DNA of 64,000 nucleotides. Source: Amphiscolops sp. MND2022. Lineage: Eukaryota. A program made the position numbers and the translations under genes. The stretch lies in assembly GCA_964187785.1 (NCBI GenBank), contig OZ076409.1, positions 1,054,001 through 1,118,000 on the forward strand. The letters are read 5' to 3'. Positions 13,101-25,100 of the stretch are shown in pieces (the first letter of the stretch is position 1; the number at the start of each line of letters is the position of its first letter). A model generated the notes under the pieces. The model saw nothing but the letters and a program-made list of their open reading frames with translations, did no database searches and was not told the DNA's origin.

Positions 13101-16100
13101 AAGACGCCCGCGGACCAGCGGGATATTTTCCGCCCCAAATCTCTTCGAAAAAGACTACTGGACAACAAATTTGTTCCTTGTTGATTCTTTTCAACATTCC
13201 AATCTACGAAGTCTGTCGAAAATTTGACAAAAATTGCATAAAAAACTTTGAAAATTGGAAAATTTTGGGTTTTTTGTCATTTTCGGTTTCAATTTGATAT
13301 ATTTTTCATTTAGAAAACAGTCATTATCTCTTCGGAAAAGCATACTGGACAACGAATTCCTGCCATTCCTGTCACGTTGAGCGTTTTCAACATTCTAATC
13401 CACGAAGTTTATCGAAAATTTGACAAAAATTGCATAAAAACGTTAAAAATCGAAAAATTTTGGAATTTTATCATTTTTGGGGTAATTTTTCTTTTTGAAA
13501 AAACGCATTTATCTCCTTAAAGAATACTATTGGACAACGAGTTCGTGCCTTGTTGAACGTTTTCAACATTCTAATCCACGATGTTTATCGAAAAAATGAC
13601 AAAAATTGCATTAAAACCTTAAAAGTCCATAAATTTTGGAATTTTTGTCATTTTTTTGGTAATTTTTCTTTTAAAAAAACCGCATTTATCTCTTCAGAAT
13701 ACTATTGGACAACGAATTCGTGCCTTGTTGAACGTTTTCAACATTCTAATCGACGATGTTTATCGAAAAAATGGCAAAAAATGCATGAAAACGGTGAAAA
13801 TTGGGAAAGTTTTGAATTTTTGTCATTTTCGGGTCATTATGGGGTCATTTCCGTCATTCCCAAAAAAGTCCAAAAATCTTTACAAATACATATCGCATGG
13901 AACTAAATTTATGTCAGTTGAATTCTGTGAATGTACTTCTTCATATTACGTAAACAATAATTCTTGGCAAATTTTGTAAAAAAAAACCCGTTTGATTTAA
14001 ATATTTTCCTTTCCCATATGAAATATGGGCGGAAAATAACAAACAACTGAGATTAACTTTGAATGCTGCTGTCAATCATTCGAATTAGCATCTTTCTTCA
14101 GAAGCGAAAAATCTGTCACATGTTAAAAGTTTGAACCAATAGACTGATCAAGACGTCTAGACTGTTTTGATGGTTCGAACTATGTTTAGCTGCAGATGTG
14201 ATTACGTAATATCATCTCCAATCAAAGCGATTGACAAAAATGAACAATTTTCAGTGCCTTATTTACAAATAACACGATTTTTACCATACAAAAATTTGTG
14301 CGTTTCGTTTTTGGTCCACTAAAAAATTTTTACAGGCCTCGCATGTGCAAAAAATTTTGCAACAATAACATTGTTACATGCCATAGCAAATTCTTTTGGG
14401 CATCCGGTGCATCTCTAATCTCTAAAACAGGAGACCATACGACCTGCATGTCTAGGGGGATGGTGCAGATAGAAGGGACGGCGTTGCGGAGGAAGAGCAG
14501 GTCCTGGTCCAGCCAGCGCTCCAGTCTCAGCACCGTGACGTCATGCAGCCGGGGACTGTAGAGCTGCACCTCCAGCTCCACGCCCTCGCCGTCCACCACG
14601 TTTCTGAGGAACACCGAGTGTCTCAGCCCCCCCAGCTGGTTGCGGTACAGCACGCGCCCCACGAAACTACTCTTCCCTGCATTAACACGAAGACAAACAT
14701 TTCATACAACTGTAGCAGCAAAATGTTTTGCAAAAAAAGTCTCACAATGCCGAAAAAACTGAAAGGGGGGACCCTTTGGGATTTTTAAACATCCATTCTG
14801 TCGCCAAACTCCAAAAAAATGAAGGTGGGCCCTTTGGAGAATCTTTTTTCGAAAAAGTCTCGAAATGCCAAAAAACTGAAAGAAGGGACCCTTTGGTCTC
14901 GCCCGGTATTGTATGTTACGCGGGAAATCTTTTTGGTCCAGTTCCCTGGGCCAACAGCAATTTAAAAGTTTAGAACTTTTGGTAGAACTATTTTGGTCAC
15001 TTCAGGTGTATCGAAAAACAAGGCTCAAAAATAGCAAAAGGACTTCCAAGTGTCAATTTACAGTACTCGAAAAGCCAAAAAAATGGACCGAGTGGCACGC
15101 TAAAGAGAAAAAAAAATTCAGAAAAAAATCTCACAATGCCGAAAAAAACTGAAAGGGGGGATTTTTCAACATCTATTCTGTCGCAAAAAAGCAAAAAAAA
15201 ATTGAAGGGGGACCCTTTGGGAAATTTTCCGAAAAAAAGACGCAATGCCGAAAAAAATTGGAAGAAGGGACCCTTTGGTCTCGCCCGGTATAGTATGTTA
15301 CGAGGGAAAACAAGAAAAACCTTTTTGGTTCATTTCGCTAGACCAAATAGTGCAATTTGTTGCAATAATATTTTGTAGAACTTTTAAGAACTATTTTGGT
15401 CAGTTCGTGTGGATTGAAAAAAAATAAAAGCCACTATAATAGTCGCGTTTCACTTCATGAAGCGCCGACTAAAAACACTGACGAAAAGCCATATAACGTC
15501 GAAAGTTGGGATACAATGCTTTACTCCGGATATTACGAGGGGGGAGTTCAATAAAATCGAAAGTGGACCCTTTGGAGACAAAAAAATTGAAAAGTCTCAT
15601 AGTTCCGAAAATGTAAAAGGACCTTTGGGCTTTTTTCACATCCAATTTGTTGCAAAATATCAAAAAATGAAAGAGGAGCTTTTGGAGACATTTAAAAATT
15701 TTCGAAAAGTGTCTCACATCACCGATAAAAATTGGAAGTGGGGAACCCTTAGTCCGGTTTTGTAGGTTACGTTTAGCAAGTAAAAAAAACGAAAGGAACC
15801 CTTTCCCTTCACTTTGATGCGGTTCCCAGGTATTCGTTTAGCTGAACAAATTGAACAAAAATTTCGAGACTCTCTTAAAGAAAGAGAAAAATAACGAGTG
15901 ACTGTAAAAGTCGGGCTCTTTTAATAATAAAAGCGCTGACTAAAAACACAGAAAGTAGGGCAATTATTTTTGATTAATTAAACTTTCAATGCTGTGAAAA
16001 AAGTAAAATATTCACAATATTCACAGAACGGCAAACAAACACTTCATACAACTGCTGTAGTAGACAACAAGCCGGGACCGGCCCAAGTCGGCGCTATATC

Positions 16101-19100
16101 TAAAGTTCAAAAATAGCACAAGGACTTCAAAGTGTCAAGAAAACGTTATATCCGAACTTTGAAAACGTTATATCCGAACTTTGAACAAATGAACAAAAAA
16201 GTGGACCATAAAGAGTGCACTGAAAAAAACTACCCACTGTAATAGTCGAGCTTTTTTCCTTAAGGGAAAAGGCGCCGGATAAAAATAGCAGCGAAAAGAG
16301 CATGATTCTGAACAGAGTGGTTAGACGATTGAGGATGTTTATTAACTGAGACAGACAGTGCGGTACTTAACCAGGTTACATGACGTCATTTCGTCCTATA
16401 CACTTTGAACCTATGCAATTTCAACCGTAGCCATTTCAACTGCTCACAATATCGACCTAAACTAAATTTGGATAATGGGTCCTAATTAGTTACAATTATT
16501 TTGGTGGTTTTAACTTTCATACATTTCAAAATTCAGATGCTAATTTTCACGCCAGTTTTGATACCTTTGGCTTCTTCATGAATAATTTCCATTAATTTAG
16601 GCTGCTGTTCGATTCACTTGTAATCATTGTACTGAAATAATAGCTCAACCGAATTAAGACTAAATTACATTGGATGAAATGTCCAGACACCACTTAACCA
16701 ACCGTTAACCAAACTTATAAAATTCGTATGGGCAGTTTTTGAGAAATTTGAAATTTTCATCGAAAGGCCGGGAGAAAAAAGGCACGAGTGCTTAACCCTA
16801 AATGGACCAGGAAATTTCCGGATCCATCCAAACATCTGGTGTTTAAACTGTAAACTGCAATATCTCCTAAACTATTCAAGGCCGACAAACGATTTATAGC
16901 GCGTTCGAAAGAAGACAAGCAGGGCTTTCAATTTAATTGTTGCTCCGGACTTTGCGCCAAAACTTTGCACGCATCGTGTATCACCGTTCATTTCAACATG
17001 TTTAAAAACATGCTAGGAGCACTTTGACCCAACCTTGATACCAGTGGGATAAAGTGACCATAAACGGAAACTGGAAACACCGAAAATCTGTGCTGAATTT
17101 TTTTTGATTTTTTGGTACCGTTTTTTTTATTTTGGAGACAGCATGTCAATATTCCGTGAAAAGGCATGCAGTGCTATGTAATATCGTCTGAAAATCTTAT
17201 GCAAGAGTTTTCTCTACCATACGGTCAGCTGGTTCGCTTAGCAGTTTGCACAAACTAGCTGGTACGAATTCGTACCAATGGTCCATTTAGGGGCAATATA
17301 CATACTAACTGTCGTAAAGTGGTTTGAAAAGATTTTGTTTTAAACTCAGTTCAATTCAGGTTCTCGTTTTATTTCATTATGGTCCGTACAATACAGTAAA
17401 ATAATATTCAAATTAATAGTTGACACCAGTTAAAATACAAGTCTATTATGTAAGAGTTTATTTGAGTTCTTTCACCGTTCATCGGTAACGCATATTGAAA
17501 GTTTCCATTCTTCGGTGTTATATAACCGAATCTCGGAACCAATGAAATTGAAGTAGCTTCTTCGGTTACGAACGGTAGTTGTTTACCGAATAACAACAAG
17601 TGACGATGACGTCACCACATCCCCTCTTTTAGTTGCTTCATGCGAATCCTGCTTGATACTTCTGGGTTTGGGTTCGTAATCGTTTCGGTCTATCATTGGT
17701 TACTGCGGTATGTTCTTCGGTCAGCACCGGACTCAAGTTATCAGCGTTACTAGTCTTCGGGGTCACTGGATCTTGAATAGCATCATGACCAATGTTTGGT
17801 TGATGTTCTACATTCACTACGCTTGATGATGGTAGCGGTGCGATTTGTCTGTCACTAGCCAAAATTGTTCGGTTGTTGTCATGAAGCCAAGCCGTGTTTC
17901 GTCCTGTCCGGATAATGTAAGTCAATTCTTTCGGCTCATGGTTTGAAGTGGGTTTGTACATCACTTTTTCACCAACTTCATAAAATCCAACGACAGGGTT
18001 TCTCAAGTTTTTTCCAAGTAGTAATTTGGCAGGAGTGTCACCTCTAGCATTTGAAGAATTTCTACGACTGAACAAAACTATCAATATAAGTAGTCAATGA
18101 ACAACCAATGTCTTTATTGTAAAATTTCAGGCTTCTTTTCAATGTTTGAACAGCTCTCTCGGCCAGTCCATTGCTTCTCGGTGAATACAAAGGTGTGTCA
18201 ATCTTTTTGCATCCTTGTGCTGCCAACCAGTCTTTTAGGTCTTTGGATACAAACTCCTTTCCGTTATCGGACACAACCGTATATGGTATTCCAAACCGAG
18301 AAAAGATTGTTCGGAGACATCTGACCACGTTCCGCGTTGATCGGTCCGTGCACGGGAAAGCTTCCAGCCAACCGGACCCAGCATCAGCAATGATCAGAAT
18401 GTTACCGTGTTCTGCTTCATAAAGCCAGTCCATATGCAGTCTTTCCCACGGAGCGCATTCTTCTCATTTGTCGGTAGAATCAATCAGTCTCGGTTGGTTT
18501 TTGCTGCACTCGGGACAGTTTTTGACAAATTGTTCGATATCGTTGTCCATAAACGGCCACCACGCATTATTTTTCACCAAGTTTTTCAAAGCATTGATTC
18601 CTTGATGGACGTCGTGAAATTTATCAATCACTTGTTTTCGGCATGTAATTGGTATAGAAACTCTCGATCCATTATATATCAAGTCATTTTGTACTGTTAT
18701 TGCATTTGAAACATTCATAAAAGATTTCTCCATTTTGGTACAGTTTTTCCAATTAACGGTTCGGATTCTGTTCATCATCCGCTTTGTAAACTCATTCGAT
18801 TGCATCTCTTTCCGTAACTTCTCGGCATCAATCACGGGTTTCTCGAATGTAGCCATTGCTACCGCAACTAAGTCGTCTTCATCGTCTTTGAACCGTAAGC
18901 GTGACATTGCATCGGCATGACCAATATCTTGACCGGGAGTGTATTGTACATCATAGTCATAGGCCATCAGGGTTATTGCCCATCGCGCAAGTCTCGCTGA
19001 TACAACTTTCGGTATCTGGTTGCTCGGATTGAAGATATATTGTAGTGGCTTGTGATCTGTTCTCAATGTGAACTTCCTCCCCAATAGAAATTGTCGAAGT

Positions 19101-22100
19101 CGTGTCACTGCGAATACTACAGCAAGCGCTTCCCGCTCAAAGTTGCTGTATTTCTGTTCTGCCGATGTCAAGTTACGAGATATTAGATAACCGGGTGATC
19201 ATTCTGCGTCAATACACCACCAATGGTTTTTTCGGATGCATCAGTTGTTATAGTTACTTCTTTGTCCAATGTGTACGGTTGTACCAATGGTTCACTTGTA
19301 AGCTCATCTACCAGTGACTGGAATGCCCTTTGACAATCATCGGTCCACTTGAAAGGTTTATCTTTTCGCCGGAGTTCATTTATACACCGCGTCTTGGCTG
19401 CATAGTTTGAAATCATTCGCCCAAAGTAGTTGATAAGTCCGATGAAAGCTTCAACTTCTTTGAAATCCTTCGGTGGCTGCAGTTGAAGAAGTTTTTGAAC
19501 GTGCTTCTGTTCCGGCTTTACTCCTTCCGATGAAATTTCGTAGCCCAAAAAGGATAACGTTGTCGAGAATGATACGCACTTGTCTTCATTAACGGTGAAG
19601 TTCTTTGCTGCCAGCCGTTCTTTGACCGCATTGTATCTTTTCCGGAGTTCGGCCTCGATTACACCGAACAACAAGATATCGTCTTGATATGCGACGCAAC
19701 CATCCAGTCCTTTGAGCACTTCTTCGATAGCTTGTTGGAAAATCGCCGCTGCATTTTTCAATCCTTGTTGTAACCGGGTGACTCGAAATAGGCCTCGGGT
19801 TGTATTCACTGTACACACATATTGCGATTTTTCATCAAGTGGAATTTGCCAATAAGCATTAGATAGATCAATTTTCGCAAAAAATTTAGCGCCTGATACT
19901 TTTGAGAAAATGGTTTCAATACAAGGGAGGGGGTAGGCTTCGGTACTAATTTCATCATTTACATGTACTTTATAGTCAGCACACATTCGTAGTTTATCAC
20001 CTTTTTTCACCCACACAACTGGGGAACAATTATCTACACCACCGGCTTCAACCGGTTCAAGAATTCCCAACAACAGTAATTCATCAATGGTTTTATTGAC
20101 TTTCCGTTCAAGTGGCAACGGTACCTTCCGTGCCGCGCAAAACATTGGTTTAGCATCGGGTTTCAATTTAATGGAAGCTTTAGCACCTTTCACTGTTGGT
20201 AGCTTTTCGGATGCTTCTGCTTTGAAGCACCGGTCAATGGACTCTTTGCAATTATTCAATATATCACGTCCCAATAAACCAAAGTTTCTATCAGCATCAA
20301 CAACAGCAATGTTTACATTAAGCTTTTTGTTATTATAAAGCACCGTCGAAATGAAAGCACCGAGATATTTCATTTTATGCTTGTCATATGTTTCAATTCC
20401 CGTGTTCTTTTCAAGTTTCGGTTGCCCAATTTGCTTCCACAGCTTCTTTGAAATCAGCGTCAGTGATGCTCCAGTGTCTTTCATCATTGATATTTCTATA
20501 CCGTTCACTTTGATTTTCTCCATTGTACCATTCTTGATATAGTCGGCATGCCCAATAAAATACGAATAATCGGAGTTACTGCCATTGTTTTCTTCGATAT
20601 TGGCTTCTTTTCCAACAAAATGGTTTGTTTGTTTCTTCACCCGACACACTTTTGCGAAATGGTTCGGCTTCTTGCAGTTGTTGCATGTTTTGCCGAAGGC
20701 CGGACAACTCCTTGATTCATGCCTCGTTCCGCATTTCGGACATTCTTTGGCTTTGTGGTGGATGCCGGTTGAAATTTTGCCATTTCCGGTTGTCTTCTTT
20801 CGTAATTGACCGTTCCGCGCAAATGAAACTGTTTCATTCGGTTCGTTCTGTTTGTTCACGAATTGTACGGTTTGTTCACGCTGCTGAATAACCAACAAAA
20901 TGTCGTCTATTGTAGCGTCTGGGTTTTGTTGAAGATGTTCCAACACTTTTAATTTGTGTTCGGAATTTTGTAATCCAGCAATAAAACGTAACCGTATCAT
21001 GTAAGCTTCGGGATCAGCGATAGTTTTCAAATTACCGAACCCACAATATCGTGCTGCTTCCTTCAGACGTGCCAGAAAATCTCCCGATGATTCTCCATTC
21101 CTCTGGGTAATAGCCACGAATTTTGTTTGTTCGGCAATAACAAGTCTTTTTCTCGGCTGCAGGTAATTTTCCAGTACCGCTTCAATTTCATTGAAAGCCA
21201 TTGTTTCCACTTTTGTCGGTGCAACAAGCGATTTGACTTTCATAAGACTTTCCACACCGCAACAGAAAAGAAATTGATCCGTTACTTGTAGATCGGCCGG
21301 TGTTGTTCCAGCTGCCGGTACATCTGCTTTCTTTTCGGCCCGACATCGCGCTTTGAATGCGTCTATCCAGGCTAGAGCAGCTTCGGGTTCGTGGAGATTG
21401 AGTTGCTTTTTTGTCTCGGTTGCTTGCATTTCAATATTTCCACCGAACGAACTGAATATAATCTTCTCCCTTTCGGTTGAAATGAAATAACGATAAGAAA
21501 TCTTCTGTTTCTTTAGCAATCAATTTTCAAATTTAAAGGAATTTTGATGGTCTGGACACCATTTGTCGTAAAGTGGTTTGAAAAGATTTTGTTTTAAACT
21601 CAGTTCAATTCAGGTTCTCGTTTTATTTCATTATGGTCCGTACAATACAGTAAAATAATATTCAAATTAATAGTTGACACCAGTTAAAATACAAGTCTAT
21701 TATGTAAGAGTTTATTTGAGTTCTTTCACCGTTCATCGGTAACGCATATTGAAAGTTTCCATTCTTCGGTGTTATATAACCGAATCTCGGAACCAATGAA
21801 ATTGAAGTAGCTTCTTCGGTTACGAACGGTAGTTGTTTACCGAATAACAACAAGTGACGATGACGTCACCACACTAACAAGCCGGGACCGGCCCAAGTCG
21901 GCGCCATATCTAAGGCTCAAAAATAGCAAAAGGACTTCAATATGTCAAAGTATTGGTGAGTTGGGGAAATTTTCCGGGAAAAGTCTCACAATGCCGAAAA
22001 AACTGAAATAAGGGACCCTTTGGTCTCGCCCGGTATGGTATGTTACGCGGGAAAACAGGAAAAACCTTTTTGGTTCAGTTCGCTAGGCCAAATGGTGCAA

Positions 22101-25100
22101 TTTGGTGCAAATATATTTTGTAGAACTTTTGTAGAACTATTTTGGTCAGTTCAGGTGGTCCTTAAAAAAACAAAACACTCACGAAAAGCCATGACTATAG
22201 TCGACTTTTTTCTAAAGAAAAGCGCCGACTAAAAATCGAGAAAGGATTTCTAGTTGAGGTCCCCTCACAAAGTTTTTCGGCACTGTGCGACTTTTATGGG
22301 AAACTTTTTTAGCAGGGTCCATTCTTTGACGTTTGAGAAAACTTGATTTTGCCAAAAAGGTAATTTTGGAAAAGTATAACTTTTTGCAAGGAAAGCCCAT
22401 TTTTCGCAGCCTTGGAGAAAAATTCACTTTTGCTAATGCTTGTGCCGTTCATACCACGCACGGTACCAAAAAATTGTTGAATAAAAATGTGTTGAAGAAT
22501 ATGGGCTACTGGCAAAACGGATCAGAAGTTGAAAAAAAGGAAGGCTGCTTCAAAGTAACGCTACGCTATTTAGGGTCAACTGAGACAGACAGACACTAGT
22601 AAGTGCGGTGGTAATTAACCAACCAACCAGCCAACCAACCAACCGTTGGTGGCGAAGGTGTCTGCGTAGGTGACCCTGAGAATGGAGCCGGGGTAGAACT
22701 CGGGGATGACCACGTGTCTGCGCCTCTTGACCATGTCGCCCCACTCCAGCAGCTTCAACACCCTCGACTGGCCCTCCCCCCGCCCCTGTCCCGCAGACAC
22801 AAACTCGGGGGGCAGGTCTCTCGGCAGCGTCTCCCTCTCGTTGTACAACACTCTGGACAACACAACAAACAAGACCGGGTGATGCTTGCTCTCACAACAA
22901 GGACGACAGCGCAATCTGACAATCCTTCGGGTACTTCCCATGAAACCATATAATTTCCGGCGATCAATTAAACTTGAGATACATTGTCCTAATTTATAAA
23001 TTACCCTCCACTTACCGATGTTTTCCAGAATTAGGTAAAGGAGTCGGAGGAAACGGATTCAAATATTTTAAAAAATTGTCTCAAATGTACCCGTTAATAT
23101 GGCCGTGAACATTCTTGACAGAAAGACCCAACGGTGGATTTGTCTTTTCAGATTCAAAACCAGAGCCGCATGTGCGGGTAAAGGAATCCGAAACGGATTC
23201 AAATATTAAAAAAACAATTACCTACTTTTTTGTCATTTGGTTATTTTCGGACTAATTTTGCCTATGTCTCTCAGATCCCAGTCATCCGATTTTGATGTCA
23301 TTGCACACGCAGGAGCACCTTTGGGTGTAGAATGACTGTGCTAAATTTTATGAAAATAGGCCCCGGCTGGGCACAGTATTATTTCTGCTTTTAGGCTTTC
23401 ATGTTCAATAATAGAAGCATATCTTAATCATTTATATAGCGCACAATTCATAACTCTACCAGTTTGCATCCCCTTTAATTCTTCTCGGACTAAAGAAAAT
23501 ATAACTACAGAGTATGACGCTGAAAATTTAATAAACGTCATTCGAAATTTCCACAGCTCGGCAGCAGCTTGTTTGTGATTGGTTAATTAAATAAAATAGA
23601 CAATCAACTTTTCACAAATAGCTATTCAAGATTATGGAAAAAATGAAAATGCAGCTTCGCATAGCGGCGCAAACTTTCAAACTACACGCTGTATGCGAGC
23701 AATGTCTGCGGAGGGATTACTAAAATTCAATGTCGATTTTGGAATATTAATTGTCTATTTAGAAAGTTCAACCTTTCACCTGATTGGTTCTTAAATTTTG
23801 ATAGTCGTTTATTGAATTTCCAGCGTCATACACTGTAGTAAGCGTAGACGAAGTTTCGCCTTCCCATTTGAATCCAGGCGAAGCTCTCGGCGAACGAATA
23901 ACTAACACTCGTTCGCTTCATCTCAATGATTTGGCGTACGAATGCATAATTGACACTCGCTCGTTCCATCGCAGGAGAAACGCAATGTTGTCGGCAGCTT
24001 GAGAAATTTAAATCTCACACTTGTATACTCACTGCCGAACAAAATATCTGAATTTTTCAGTAGATACTCGATATCACGACAAGAATTGTTCTGAAAAAAC
24101 TTGAATTCTTGAGATTTCAAAAATACTCCTGCTATCGCAAAAGTAATAAAAATTAATATTCACTGAGCTAAGGTTTTCTTCCGAAATGCGCCGCTTAAGC
24201 GTTAGCGCGGGCCTCATAAGCGCAACAAGCGATAAGCGCGTTTCTTGGTACAACTAATTCACTTCACATCGTTCTTATCAACAATGATGGATTGAACTGA
24301 CCTTTCAATAACTCGGCGGGTTGGGCCTACACAAGCTTGAATGGTACAAACAATTGAAATCTTTTGAAAATTGAAACTTGACTTGAAACAACAATCTCAA
24401 TTGAGTATATTATATGCACATATTCGACTGCACAAGATTTGTGCATATTTACAGATCTTTGGCTGAAATTATTGCAAGATGCTCATTTCACTTTTAGGGT
24501 TCCCAAGTCGAAATTATTCAAAGTCAGAAAAGTCGATCATGGCGTGCGTATAGTAAGTAAATCAAATCAAATCAAATCAAATCAAATCAAATCAAATCAG
24601 ATTCGGTTTCCAGCATAGAAATTCCAGCGAGAGCCCTAATTGTGCACAGTAAATGGAATCGGACAGCCGAATGATGATATATACGAAACTAGACAGTTCG
24701 AACAAAATGACCTTCTCTGACCTTTCTGGCTAGGACTAAACTCGAGTTAGGAGCCCAAAAAGTGTACAGTTGAATCCCGGTTATAAGTACCTCCACGGGA
24801 GGTACATTCGAGTTACGTTATATGTTACGTGTATGTTCGAGTTACGTCATACTGAGACCTACGCAATAAGGAGGGAAATTATACCTCCTATACCGAGTAG
24901 GGAAATAAGTATGTATTGCTACCAAGTTACGAGTTTTATGCAATAGTGCAGGTAGTTAATTGTGGGATTCAACTGTATTCAGATTCTTAGAAAAATTTCA
25001 AAAATGCCATAAACGTTAATACCCCCCCCCCCCACTGTATTACTGCTTCTATTCCAGTGAATTAGGTTTTCCCAAAAAACGCGCTTATCGCTTGTTGCCC

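Larger units (their letters stand above)
17310..21873 (-). mobile_element. Full-length Ty3/Gypsy LTR retrotransposon (4564 bp) in mRpL19 intron 2
   Basis: 310-bp TG...CA LTRs at 17310-17619 and 21564-21873; TSD CTAAC at 17305-17309 and 21874-21878; PBS TGGTGTCCAGACC 2 nt after the 5' LTR; PPT AAAAGAGGGGA next to the 3' LTR; domain order gag-PR-RT-RH-IN. Confidence 0.97.

Noticed and set aside
12280..13830. Regularly spaced repeats resembling a CRISPR array
   Set aside because: Eukaryotic context; whole ~180-bp units are homologous (no unique spacers) and there are no cas genes.
17408..17599. Identical 63-aa ORFs at 17408 and 21662
   Set aside because: They are simply the two LTR copies.
18464..18466. 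In-frame TGA at a likely Trp position, suggesting an alternative genetic code or readthrough
   Set aside because: Both host genes use TGG for Trp and TGA as stop, and the same element also has frameshifts.
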